Source: Kiritimatiellia bacterium (GTDB taxonomy: Bacteria; Verrucomicrobiota; Kiritimatiellia; RFP12; UBA1067). From it: a stretch of DNA of 64,000 nt. The notes below the pieces were generated by a model. The model was not told the DNA's origin, did not search any database, and saw only the letters and a list, made by a program, of their open reading frames with translations. Location of the stretch: positions 800,001 through 864,000 of the forward strand of contig JBMNFY010000017.1 of NCBI GenBank assembly GCA_050949565.1, read 5' to 3'. Shown here in pieces: positions 9,201-18,492 of this stretch. Every line of letters begins with the position of its first letter. Within the stretch, counting starts at the first letter, position 1. The translations under genes were made by a program, and so were the position numbers.

Positions 9201-11386
9201 CCGTCGCCGTCAGAGTCGGGGTTCGCGGGCGAGGTGCCCAGGGCAAGCTCCGCGCCGTCCTCCAGTCCGTCGCCGTCCGTGTCCCGCACGAGCGGCGAGC
9301 CGCCCGACCCGAAATGATAGGCGATCGTCATGCTGTTGGTGATAAAAGGCTGGTCGTATGAGACGGGGAGGTTGATGGCGGCGCCGGGACCCTGCGCGCC
9401 CAGCGTCGCCGACGCGCCGGTGTTGTCCCCCGCAGTGTCGGCGTAGCGGACGCAGACGGTGTTCGTCGCGTCCGCAGGGATGACGACCTGGAACGAGACG
9501 CGGGCAGAAGAGTTCGTGTAGAAGCCCATGTCGCGGTATTCGATCACGCAGTGACGCGCGCCGTCCACCGTCACGTCCGCCACGGTGATCCGCGTGGCGG
9601 GGGCGTCGGGCGTGGCGGTGCGGGCGTAGAGGTTGTCCCAGTGGGCCGCCACGGCGAAATGCCTGAGGGAGAGAGTGAGGGTGCCCGTGAGGGCGCGGTT
9701 GTAGTTTTGGCTTTCGATCCAGCCGTCCACCGGCCTGGACCGGTCGATGAGGTACACGACGCCGTTGATGTCGAGCAGGGCGTTCGTGCAGACCGCGCCG
9801 CCGATGCGGACGGGGAACGGGAGCGCGGCCGGGATCAGGCCTGAGTTCAGGTTGGTGCCGCTGAGGACGGTTGTCCCGCCGGATGCGTCGAACCACGGGA
9901 GCGCCGCGGTCTCCCACCAGGCGGCCTCGATGCCGTCGGGGACGCCGTCGCCGTCGCTGTCGGGGTTGCGCGGGTCGGTGCCGGCGCGGAATTCGGCGAC
10001 GTTGGGCAGGCCGTCACCGTCGGGGTCGCCGTGCGCGTCGGCGGGGTCGAGGGGATCGAAGAGGTTGTCGAGTTCCCACTTGTCGTCCATGCCGTCGCCG
10101 TCGCTGTCGGCAAGGTCGAAGCGCGTCCCGTGCACCCACTTCTCGCTGGCGTCGGTCAGCCCGTCGCCGTCGGTGTCGGCGGCGTCGGCGAGGCGGAAGA
10201 AGCCGGTGTCCGTCAGCCAGACGGCGTTGGTGCAGATGACGTTGGTGTGCGTGACGCCCGGCGCGTAGGCGGACGGCGCGGTGTTCGTGACGCACGCGGG
10301 GGCCGGGGCCTCCGGCGGCGGGGGCAGGTCGGCGCGGGGGATGAGCAGGTCGACCCCGGCATCATCGGGATCAAGCGCGACCCGCCACGGGTTCGTCCAC
10401 GCGGGCGGAACCAGGGTGGGGGTGAAGAAGATGTCCAGCACGCCGCCCGCGAGCGCCGTGCCCGCCGGCCACGCGGCGGAGAGCGCGACGCCGTTCGTAT
10501 CGGATGAAATGCCGGTGAAGACCAGCCCGGTCAGCGCGGCGGGCGAGCGCGACGGCGCGCCGGCCGTGCTCCGCGTCCCCGCCGTCCCGCCGGAGCGGTA
10601 GACGCCGAGATCCTCCCGGAGGAGGAAGGTGAATGCCATCTCGACGTGCGAGGGCAGGAAATACTGCCGCGTGGACAGCCATGCCGAACGGTAAATGATC
10701 CGGTCCGGCGTCCGCATGCGGCGCGAGGGCCGCGCCAGCAAATCTTGATACACCCGCTCGGTGTCGAAGAAGTCTGGAGCCGTGCCATCGACGCTGTGGA
10801 GCCGGGCGATCCAGTCCGCCGACCAGACGCCGGCGTCGGCGGCGACCGACCAGAAAGGTTCGCCGGCCGCGTTGTAAAAGAGCATGTCGCCGCTGAGGTC
10901 GTCCGCGCACAGGAGCGCGCGCCACGCCTCGACGCCGTTGGCTTCCTCCGGCACGAGCCCCGCCAGGAACTCGGCCGGGAACCCCGGGGCCGCGGCGTCC
11001 AGGGGGATGACGCCGCCGTCCAGCCTGACCCGCCGTTCCGGGTCCGGCATGAGCACGCCCGCGCCCCGCGCCAGTTCGCGCTCCAGCTTCAGCGCCATGT
11101 CCAGCGGCGTGGCGGGCGTCCTGTACACGGAAGCGGGGCGGGAGGCGGGCGCGTCCGCCGGTTCCGCGTCTTCCTGCGCCAACGCATGGATCGATGCGAA
11201 AACGAGACCTGCGGACACGCATACCGCCGCGACAAGAAGCACAAGGCCTTTCGAAGCTCTTGCGAACCCCCTCGTGGCATGGGCGTCCCGCCCATGAAAC
11301 ACGGGCAGGATGCCCGTGTCACACTTGTTCACGACGGATTTTGCAAGAGCTTCTTTCTTTTTGTTATTTGTTCCGCCGTTTTCCAT
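6233..11386 (-). CDS. Large secreted multidomain protein (NIDO-like region, RCC1 repeats, DxDGDG/TSP3-like Ca-binding repeats, C-terminal NlpC/P60-CHAP-like domain); putative polymorphic toxin
   Basis: Purine-rich RBS and signal peptide. Many DTDGDGLxDGxE repeats and about six HTAAL..DG.VVCWG RCC1 blades. C-terminal NKCNIFV...GHVGIV Cys/His pair. Visible GC drop after GRIIVPKI (~7070). Confidence 0.85.
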   Translation of the reverse strand: MENGGTNNKKKEALAKSVVNKCDTGILPVFHGRDAHATRGFARASKGLVLLVAAVCVSAGLVFASIHALAQEDAEPADAPASRPASVYRTPATPLDMALKLERELARGAGVLMPDPERRVRLDGGVIPLDAAAPGFPAEFLAGLVPEEANGVEAWRALLCADDLSGDMLFYNAAGEPFWSVAADAGVWSADWIARLHSVDGTAPDFFDTERVYQDLLARPSRRMRTPDRIIYRSAWLSTRQYFLPSHVEMAFTFLLREDLGVYRSGGTAGTRSTAGAPSRSPAALTGLVFTGISSDTNGVALSAAWPAGTALAGGVLDIFFTPTLVPPAWTNPWRVALDPDDAGVDLLIPRADLPPPPEAPAPACVTNTAPSAYAPGVTHTNVICTNAVWLTDTGFFRLADAADTDGDGLTDASEKWVHGTRFDLADSDGDGMDDKWELDNLFDPLDPADAHGDPDGDGLPNVAEFRAGTDPRNPDSDGDGVPDGIEAAWWETAALPWFDASGGTTVLSGTNLNSGLIPAALPFPVRIGGAVCTNALLDINGVVYLIDRSRPVDGWIESQNYNRALTGTLTLSLRHFAVAAHWDNLYARTATPDAPATRITVADVTVDGARHCVIEYRDMGFYTNSSARVSFQVVIPADATNTVCVRYADTAGDNTGASATLGAQGPGAAINLPVSYDQPFITNSMTIAYHFGSGGSPLVRDTDGDGLEDGAELALGTSPANPDSDGDGLSDSLEAAGYRVVEWGAPYAGADAAPRPAWLLNVKEAAAAFFHTVAVRGDGTAVCWGRNNRGQCSPPPQATNIVSAAAGDEHSVALRADGTVVCWGGGGHYVLTPPDSATNVSAVTAGAYHTAALRADGTVVCWGQNYVHQCDVPAGLTNAVAVAAGFFHTAALTADGAVVCWGQNSARQCDVPPDLTNAVTVAAAGDHTAALTADGAVVCWGDGASGQNQVPPGLGPATLIGAGAHHTLACTGTGEVAAWGANGSGQAEGRSFTDGTVRYLGGGITFSLALVGGPQTFTDPLNADTDGDGLSDGDEVNVHGTDPLLKDTDGDGLPDGWEVDNGLNPLSASGDDGADGDPDDDGLTNLQEYQRGTKPRKRDTDGDGLSDGDEVNVHNTNPLDPDTDGDGLPDGWEVRYDFNPCVVQTDGTHGAADDPDDDGLTNLQEYQHGTDPFNEDTDDDGLEDGDEVNVHNTNPLLEDTDGDGLTDGDEVALKAVWPCLDPLVWDCDGDMLPDGWELQYGLSPCECAATNSPAWDADGDGLGLLDEYRYCTDPTNPDTDGDGVWDGDEVPHSPGSCPCDPDDEGNPANCVTLSLTVGDPSSSNSERWNFEVFEEITGRDVVRHCDDGFGTPGSAEYALVKGKAYIFSLRWIGTNLDEGHDFDWQALINDSARAGAREGLYGTGAFIVEDSYGLLTEERHGNEFDITIGETGRIIVPKIESVELVGAPPDGLVVKKGNNVTMKANILPDSYVPPAEEPKWYYQRLKADGLWEAWTSFGTSASGKTYTHTTTQSGVFRIKAVLSAEGTVSCEKVYERTSDEANGYGMAGDPDAFGVADTQMQVNIRNAAKGFLGNSDYEVSDVVPAQYGFPEVAAGANKCNIFVAHRAAQAGATVPLIGGYLGGDPPSANQWAGQDDTHPIFPPGVQTDIDHWILIPNPTYPQPGFIVGHPNPAGSGHVGIVDYDGQGIATGSLAGKIHKKYPAFLDGTSGFRKYEP
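11254..11352 (-). repeat. 99-bp palindromic MITE/REP-like element, in-frame within the signal-peptide region of the 1717-aa gene
   Basis: Terminal inverted repeats AAGCTCTTGCGAA / TTTGCAAGAGCTT and internal stems CATGGGCGTCCCGCCCATG and CACGGGCAGGATGCCCGTG. A homologous copy lies at 32370-32468. Confidence 0.85.
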
Positions 11387-11773
11387 TGCCGTCCCTTTCC
11401 CTCACGTAAAAGGCGCGAACCCCGCTCCGTGCCTCACAAGAGGGACCGCTAAGACCCTAGGAGAAGCCCGGACACGAGGTCGCGCCCGATCGGGCGCGTC
11501 CCCGTGCATCCACTTCTCCTTGTGAAAATTAGCGGTTTTCTTGTGAAGCGTTCTGCGCGAAAGCGCAACAATCAAATCAGTCTATGGGATTCGGTTCTCT
11601 TCTCGTTCTCCGGTTCTCTCTTGCTGCCCGCCGGGCAGTCCTCGTTTGCGTTCGGCCGCGCCCGCCCTCGTCCGGGACAGGCAACGCCGCACTCCAGCAT
11701 CGAATCTACTTTACACCCGTTGGCAGACAGAACGCAAGGTTGATTTTCAGGCTGATTTTGGACCGCGGTTTCG

Positions 11774-12625
11774 TTATTTTTTCGCTCTAACGGGCGGCGG
11801 CGTGCGTCCGAGCTGCGCGAGTACGAGCTTGAGCGCGCGCCAGACCTCAGTCTTGGCACGCTTGAGTCCTGTTGCATCGCCCGCTGACTCGAAACGCAGA
11901 ATATACGCGGGATGATAGGTCGGCATCACGGGGATCCCCTCGTAGCTAGTCCAATTCCCTTGCAGGCGCGAGACACCGGCCTGCGTCGCCAACAGGCCGC
12001 GAATAGCGGTGCCGCCCAGCAGCACAATGGTCTTGGGCTGCACGATGCGGATCTGTTCGCGCAAAAAAGGCAGACACACCCGCATCTCGTCGGCCGTAGG
12101 CGTGCGGTTGTTCGGCGGACGGCACTTGCAGATATTTGCGATGAACACATCGTCGCGTGTATAACCCATTGCCTCGATCATCTTGGTCAGGAACTGTCCG
12201 GCCGCGCCGATAAACGCCAATCCTTCACGGTCCTCGTCGGCACCCGGTGCCTCGCCAATAAACATCACATCGGGCGCACATGGGTTCCCCTGCCCCGGCA
12301 CACAGCGGTTGCGCTGCTTGTACAGGTCGCACGCTTCACACGTTTCGATGCGTGCGGCAATCTCATCCAATGCCTGACGGCGCTGCTCCGGCGTGCGCGA
12401 CACTGACGCGGCCGGAGTCGTGGAAGTCATGGACCGAGGGGCGGACGCAGACGCCGGACGCTGTGGCGCGGCAGGTGCCGCCGCAACGCGCGCACGGCCG
12501 TCAACGCTGCGGGGGCCCAGCGCGCGGAGCACCTCGGGATCAAGCGACACCGTGCGCTCGCCCAGCTCTTTGAGCAGCGTCAGATGATCGGTCAACCCGT
12601 CAATGATCTCGGTCCACTCAGACAT
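11774..12625 (-). CDS. Uracil-DNA glycosylase family 4 (Fe-S type)
   Basis: CxxC, FIGEAPG, NICKCRPPNNR and TYHPAY motifs. Start reassigned to MSEWTE (12625), just downstream of galE. Confidence 0.9.
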   Translation of the reverse strand: MSEWTEIIDGLTDHLTLLKELGERTVSLDPEVLRALGPRSVDGRARVAAAPAAPQRPASASAPRSMTSTTPAASVSRTPEQRRQALDEIAARIETCEACDLYKQRNRCVPGQGNPCAPDVMFIGEAPGADEDREGLAFIGAAGQFLTKMIEAMGYTRDDVFIANICKCRPPNNRTPTADEMRVCLPFLREQIRIVQPKTIVLLGGTAIRGLLATQAGVSRLQGNWTSYEGIPVMPTYHPAYILRFESAGDATGLKRAKTEVWRALKLVLAQLGRTPPPVRAKK

Positions 12626-12629
12626 CGCG

Positions 12630-13652
12630 TTACGCCTCTGCAAACCCGTTGGGGTTTTGAAACTGCCAGCGCCAGGCGTCTTCGCACATGACGCGCAGAA
12701 CGCGTGTGGCGCGCCAGCCCAGTTCGCGCTCCGCCTTTGAGGGATCGGCCCAGCATTCAGCCACGTCGCCGGGGCGGCGCGCCTGAATCGTGTAGGGAAC
12801 TTTGCGGCCCGACGCCTGCTCAAAGGCGGCGACCACCTCCAGGACACTCGATCCCTTGCCGGTGCCAAGATTGAAGATCGAGAGACCGGGCTTTGACGCG
12901 AGTGCTTCAAGCGCCTTGAGATGGCCGAGCGCAAGATCGACCACATGGATATAGTCGCGGATGCCGGTGCCGTCCGGCGTCGGGTAATCGTTGCCGAAAA
13001 CCGCCAGACTCGGGCGACGCCCGACCGCCACCTGCGCCACAAAGGGCAGAAGGTTATTGGGAATGCCGGCAGGGTCTTCGCCGATCCGGCCGCTGGGGTG
13101 CGCACCGATCGGATTGAAATAACGCAGCAACGTGATATTCCATGTGGGATCGGCCTTCTGCACATCGCGGAAAATCTGCTCCATCATCAGCTTCGACCAG
13201 CCGTACGGATTGGTCGCGCCAGGCGTGGGGAAGTCCTCGCGAATCGGGACTGACGCGGGATCGCCATAAACCGTGGCAGAAGAGCTGAACACGAGATTGC
13301 GACAACCTGCGGCGGCCATCGCCTCGCACAGGGTAATCGTACCGGTAATGTTGTTGCCGTAATAGGTCAGCGGAATGCGAACCGACTCGCCGACCGCCTT
13401 GAGCGCGGCGAAATGAATCACGGCGTCAACCGGGCCTTCTGCCTGAAACACCTGGTCGAGCGCCTCTCGATCCCGGATGTCGGCCTTATGAAACGACACC
13501 GTCTTGCCAGTGATCTCTGCGACGCGACGCAGGCTTTCTTCGCTACTGTTGCAAAGATTGTCGATCACCGCGACCTCATGTCCGGCATTCAACAGTTCAA
13601 CGACCGTGTGGCTGCCGATATACCCGGCTCCGCCCGTAACCAAAACCTTCAT
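12630..13652 (-). CDS. galE: UDP-glucose 4-epimerase
   Basis: [37 protein letters not shown] and [12 protein letters not shown] motifs. Confidence 0.97.
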   Translation of the reverse strand: MKVLVTGGAGYIGSHTVVELLNAGHEVAVIDNLCNSSEESLRRVAEITGKTVSFHKADIRDREALDQVFQAEGPVDAVIHFAALKAVGESVRIPLTYYGNNITGTITLCEAMAAAGCRNLVFSSSATVYGDPASVPIREDFPTPGATNPYGWSKLMMEQIFRDVQKADPTWNITLLRYFNPIGAHPSGRIGEDPAGIPNNLLPFVAQVAVGRRPSLAVFGNDYPTPDGTGIRDYIHVVDLALGHLKALEALASKPGLSIFNLGTGKGSSVLEVVAAFEQASGRKVPYTIQARRPGDVAECWADPSKAERELGWRATRVLRVMCEDAWRWQFQNPNGFAEA

Positions 13653-13825
13653 GGGACTCCTTTCGAAAGAGAGGTCTCCAGTTTAACGCAATCCACGCTG
13701 AAAACAACCGTGAAGTTGCTTTACACACGAAGGCACATTGATTTCGGTGCGGTGACTGGGTAAGATGGGCGGCAACTAAACATAAGGACATAAGGGGTTC
13801 ACACACAACGGAAAGAGGAGCGGAC

Positions 13826-15154
13826 ATGGATAAGCGGACGAGATTCGGGATAGTGGCGGGACTGATCGCCGGGGGCCTCGCGCAGGCGGTCGAACTGCCG
13901 CCGGTGACATGCGACGTAGTGGTTGTGGGCGGCGGCTCGGCCGGGATCTGCGCGGCGCTCCAAAGCGCCCGAGCCGGTGCCAAGACGGTACTGGTCGAAG
14001 CGGCCCATCAGGTGGGCGGCAACACCACCACCGGTGGCGTGAACTTTCCCGGCCTGTTCCACGCCTGGGGGCGACAGGTCATTGCAGGTGCGGGTTGGGA
14101 CGTGGTGACCAACGCGGTGGCACTGGACGGCGGCAAGTTGCCCGATTTCACCAAGCCCACCGGTCGCCGCCATTATGACCACCAGATTTCGATCAACATC
14201 CCGTTGTTCGTGGTGCTGGCGGAGGATGCTTTGGTGCGCGCCGGAGTGACCCTCCACTACCATGCGGCTCCGGTACGAATCGAAGCCGTTCCAGAGGGTT
14301 GGCGCGTGAGAACCGCCGCAACCGGAGACACGCGCACGATCACCTGCAAGCAGCTTGTGGATTGCACGGGCAACGGGACCGCCGCCGCGCTGGCTGGCTT
14401 CGAGCGACTACAAGAGCAGGAGCGTCAGCCGGGCACCTTCGTTTACCACATCCGTCCCAATGCGGACCTCTCGAAATTCGATGCCAAGGAACTGCAAGCG
14501 CGCTTTGACGCGGCGGTCAAGGACGGGCAACTCCATCGCAGCGATTGCCGCTGGGGCCTGCTGCAATATCTGAAGAGCGGAGGCAACACCGCAAACTATG
14601 TCGAGGGCGCGGATAACTCAACAGCCGACGCCCGCACCCAAACCAACCTACGCGGTCGCGCCGCCGCGTTGCGTATGTTTCGGTTTCTCAAAGGCATCCC
14701 GGGGCTGGAGAAAGTCCGACTGGAGAGCATGTCGCCCGAAGTCGGTGTGCGCGAGACCTACCGCGTGCGCGGCGAATATCTGATCACGCATGAGGATTAC
14801 ACGTCGGGGAAACGCTGGGAAGATTCGGTCTGCTACGCCTTCTATCCCATCGATCTGCACGATAAAACGTCAGGTGTACGACCGGCGCACTTGAAGGAGG
14901 GCGTGGTGGCGACCGTGCCGCTGCGCGCGTTGATCCCGAAAGGCAGCCGCAACCTGCTGGTGGCCGGACGCTGCATCAGCAGTGACCGCCTCGCCAACTC
15001 GGCACTGCGTGTGCAGGCGACCTGCATGGCGACCGGCCAAGCGGCTGGGGCCGCCGCCGCGCTGGCCGCGCAACGCGGCGTGACGCCCGGACAACTCCCG
15101 AGCGCAGAGGTGAAAGCGCTGCTGACGGCACACGGCGCTATCGTTCCTGACTGA
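13826..15154 (+). CDS. FAD-dependent oxidoreductase, secreted-type
   Basis: DVVVVGGGSAG Rossmann motif, VDCTGNG, GVRETYR, PLRALIP...NLLVAGRCIS. Confidence 0.88.
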   Translation: MDKRTRFGIVAGLIAGGLAQAVELPPVTCDVVVVGGGSAGICAALQSARAGAKTVLVEAAHQVGGNTTTGGVNFPGLFHAWGRQVIAGAGWDVVTNAVALDGGKLPDFTKPTGRRHYDHQISINIPLFVVLAEDALVRAGVTLHYHAAPVRIEAVPEGWRVRTAATGDTRTITCKQLVDCTGNGTAAALAGFERLQEQERQPGTFVYHIRPNADLSKFDAKELQARFDAAVKDGQLHRSDCRWGLLQYLKSGGNTANYVEGADNSTADARTQTNLRGRAAALRMFRFLKGIPGLEKVRLESMSPEVGVRETYRVRGEYLITHEDYTSGKRWEDSVCYAFYPIDLHDKTSGVRPAHLKEGVVATVPLRALIPKGSRNLLVAGRCISSDRLANSALRVQATCMATGQAAGAAAALAAQRGVTPGQLPSAEVKALLTAHGAIVPD

Positions 15155-15179
15155 CCGAACAACTCCCAAATCCTAAATC

Positions 15180-16121
15180 TTAACTCCTAAATCCTCCGCC
15201 GCGTCGCGCAGCGGCGCGCTTGCGCCAGGCAGACGGCGTCAAACCAAACGCGCGTTTGAAGTGGCCGGAGAAGTGTTGCGAAGCACAGAAGCCGAGATCA
15301 AGCGCCAGTTGCGTAATCGGCATGTCGGTCTCGGCCAACAGGCGTTTGGCCTTCTCCAAGCGGCAGGCAAGCTGGAAGTGATAGGGAGGCAGGCCGGTGA
15401 GCTGTTTGAAACGGCTGATGAAAAGCGAGGGCGACATGCCGGCTTCGCGCGCCAGATCGTCGAGGCTAACCTTTCTTTCAGGCTTCTCGCGCAAGGATTC
15501 GACAACATGGTCAATCAGGCGCGAGTGCGTGATGGTGGCCTTGTGTGATGAGGCGTCGATTACGCCCATCAACAACGACACACAGGCCGTGTTCAGCCCG
15601 ACGGTGCGGTAAGGGCTGGCGGGCTGCTCGTGGTATTTGAACAGGTGCGCGAAAGCCTGTTTGACCGCATCGGTTTTGGCGATCACATGGCAAGGCAGGC
15701 GATTCAGACGTGACCAGATGTCTTGCGCCTCGCGGCTTTTGAGACGCAGAAAGGGTTGGCCGCGCTGCGGTTCGCGGATCAACAGCCAGTAGACGATCGT
15801 GCCTTTCGGGCTGGCGGATATGCAGTGAATATCAGACGGCTTGTTGAGGTAGAGGTCGCCCGGCATGATCCGGTGCTCTTGCCCATTGTTCAGGAGGGTA
15901 AGCGCACCGCGCTGGCAGAGGCCGATCTCCAGACATCCGGCGTGGCGGTGGGTGCCGACCGGGGTGACGGCGTGACGGTAACGGCTGAAGCCAAGCACCG
16001 GGACCTCGTGCAGCCCCGCCTCGGCCAGATCAAGGGCACGGCGCTCCGGCGTGTCAATGTAGGTGACAGCCAGCTTCCTACCCTTCGCACACATGCGCTC
16101 GCTGTCCTTCTCCGTCCTCAT
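15180..16121 (-). CDS. AraC-family transcriptional regulator (cupin plus double HTH)
   Basis: HRH..CLEI cupin motif and C-terminal LA..AGMS...FK..TG / GF.ASQHFS.HFKRAFGLTPS. Start is uncertain (16121 gives an ATGA overlap). Confidence 0.9.
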   Translation of the reverse strand: MRTEKDSERMCAKGRKLAVTYIDTPERRALDLAEAGLHEVPVLGFSRYRHAVTPVGTHRHAGCLEIGLCQRGALTLLNNGQEHRIMPGDLYLNKPSDIHCISASPKGTIVYWLLIREPQRGQPFLRLKSREAQDIWSRLNRLPCHVIAKTDAVKQAFAHLFKYHEQPASPYRTVGLNTACVSLLMGVIDASSHKATITHSRLIDHVVESLREKPERKVSLDDLAREAGMSPSLFISRFKQLTGLPPYHFQLACRLEKAKRLLAETDMPITQLALDLGFCASQHFSGHFKRAFGLTPSAWRKRAAARRGGGFRS

Positions 16122-16558
16122 GAGCGTATCCAAGTGTCCGGCGTCATGACACGGATCGTCCCAGCGGCTCGCTCAACCACATCTTTGTCATACGTCAACA
16201 GGACGGCGTCCGACAGGTGGGCAACGGAAACATAAACCGCATCCGCACCACGTAGAAAAAGGGTTGCTGCGAAGCATTCTGCGGCCCCCGCAATTTCTTC
16301 AGAAAGCGGTTGCCAGAGATGTCCTCTGAAACCACGTACCCAACGAGAGGCCAGACGTCCATGTCGGGGATCACGCGTTTTACGCCCGATTGTCGCCGCC
16401 ACTTCAATGGGCAAAAGAAGCGGCGAATACAGGGTTGCGTGCTTCTCGGCTGCCTTCAACAAGCAAGCGCGACAGGTGGCAAAAAACGGATCATGCACAT
16501 CCAGTGCTCCAACCCAGACATTCGCATCAATGGTCAGCCTTTCACCGCCTGTCGTCAT
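16118..16558 (-). CDS. PIN-domain (VapC-like) toxin
   Basis: LTIDANVW, IEVAATI, LRGADAVYVSVA and LLTYD acidic PIN motifs; 146 aa. Confidence 0.85.
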   Translation of the reverse strand: MTTGGERLTIDANVWVGALDVHDPFFATCRACLLKAAEKHATLYSPLLLPIEVAATIGRKTRDPRHGRLASRWVRGFRGHLWQPLSEEIAGAAECFAATLFLRGADAVYVSVAHLSDAVLLTYDKDVVERAAGTIRVMTPDTWIRS

Positions 16559-16820
16559 TCAGCAAATCTCTGTTCAGTCGCACATCAACACTCGTCTCGC
16601 TGATCTCGTCGGCCAGTACGTCAGCTTCACGTACCCACTCCTGAGCCCATTCGCCTCTCTCAGCAAAACGGACATTTTCAAAGTCATCCAGCGATACGCA
16701 TCCTGCCAGCCACAACTCATAAAGCTGTTGCGTTACCAACCGAACAGGGCGCCCGTCCACAGAGCACTTCGACTTGACTTGTCGGTAGAGCGTATCAGAG
16801 ATTTCCAACGTCATTTTCAT
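16542..16820 (-). CDS. Putative antitoxin (RHH-like N-terminus)
   Basis: MKMTLEISDTLYRQVK N-terminus, acidic C-terminus, overlaps the PIN gene start. Confidence 0.7.
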   Translation of the reverse strand: MKMTLEISDTLYRQVKSKCSVDGRPVRLVTQQLYELWLAGCVSLDDFENVRFAERGEWAQEWVREADVLADEISETSVDVRLNRDLLNDDRR

Positions 16821-16957
16821 TTCGCATATAGTTTCCCACATTCCCGTGTGTCTTGTCAATCTTCACAAACAATGCAACGATATTACAATTGCTATAAGCT
16901 TGTAGTACTTTTTTGCCCATTGCTTTATCATGAATACGTTACCGATGAGGAGGGATT

Positions 16958-18492
16958 ATGCGCTTTAGTTTGTTTCTGGCAGTGGGAGTTGCGGCCTTGG
17001 CCGTAGGGCTGTACGGGTGCAGGAGCGGCGGGAAAGAGACCGGCGCGGTTTGGCGCACGGAAGAGTTTCAGACCGTGATCCACCACCTGAGCGGCGGAGC
17101 CGCTGTAGCAACGGTCACCAACGGGATGCTCCATGTGAAGGACCATGGCACACAGTCCGGGGACATGGTGGTCCAAGACCAGCAATGGCGCGCGTGTCCC
17201 GAAACTGGCGCGATTGTGGAGGCGCGCGTCAAAGTGGTGTCATGCAAAGGCATGGCCGGGGTGATGCTAGGCTTCTCGGACGGTAAGCACGAGGACATCC
17301 TGACACTTTACACCGACAAGATTGAGCTACACCACGCTAAGCTGACGCACGCCATGGATACGACGGTTGATTTTCATGTGTACCGTGTGGAGATCAAGAG
17401 CAACGACGTGAGCGTGGCGGTGGACGGCGTCAAGGTCATCGACGGGGCCGGGGCTTTCACGAATCCGGCGCACGCGGGTCGCAACCGCGTCAGTTACGGA
17501 GCGGGCAGCAGCGCGGCCATGGGAGAGGCGTTCTGGGACTGGGTGCGCTGGACCGAGACGCCGGTAACACTCAAAGCGTGGGAACATCCGGTCAAAGACG
17601 CGACGCACCATGTGATTTACAAAGAACCGGGGAAGTATGCCTGTTTCCCCAGTTTGTTGACTGACCCAGACACCGGACATCTCTACACCAGTTTCGGAAT
17701 CAAGGGCAGGGCCACACATTTCGATACCGCAGACACGCGCACCGGCAGGATGATGAGCGCCGACGGCGGAATGACTTGGCGCGAGATCGAAAAGCTTCCG
17801 GAATCTGTGCGCTCCGACATGCCCGGGCCGACCTACACAGCGGCAGACGGCGCACTCGTGCGGATCGGGCATTACTGGCGGCGCTGGTATCCGATGGAAC
17901 GGCTGGACGAGTTCAAAGGGCGCTACGACATCACCTACAGCAGTCCCGCGCGGGGCCGACAAACCAACACGTTCTCGACGCTCAGCGGGGCATACGTCGA
18001 ACGTTCGGAAGACAGAGGTAAGACTTGGAAGCGACAGGACATCGCCGAGCTAGACACCTACGTTTCCGGCTCGTCCCCTTGGTCCATGACACAGTTGCCG
18101 GACGGTACGGTCCTGCGGGCTTTCATGGTGCGAAAAGACAGCAAGTGCGCCGGTCGCGTGATGGTAGCCATCACTCGCGACGGACGCAAAGCTGATTTGG
18201 TCGACGTGATGGGCGATCCCGAGAACAAGTTGCAGTTCACAGAGGAAACGCTGGTGTACACCACCTCGAAGGGCGCGGTCTGGATGTTGACGCGCGTTCA
18301 CGGAACCGGTGCGCCGATCTGGCAAGCGGTGTCCCAGGACGGCGGACGCACTTGGACGGCACGTCCGACCGAGATCGACGCGCGGAGCACACCGCCCAGC
18401 GGTCTGGTCAAACTCAAAGACGGACGGCTGGTGATGGTGTACGGCTACCGTGACGCGCCCTCCGGCATCCGCGCTCTGGTTTCGGAAGACGA
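16958..18492 (+). pseudogene. Sialidase/BNR-repeat lipoprotein, truncated at the 3' end by the IS
   Basis: Asp-box repeats SADGGMTW, SEDRGKTW and SQDGGRTW; lipobox-like LYGC. The frame enters the IS end in the middle of an Asp-box (VSED|EKDFPQK). Confidence 0.8.

Noticed and set aside
12626-13165. N-terminal 180 aa of ORF 11774-13165
   Set aside because: An out-of-frame overlap with galE; the UDG start at 12625 fits better.
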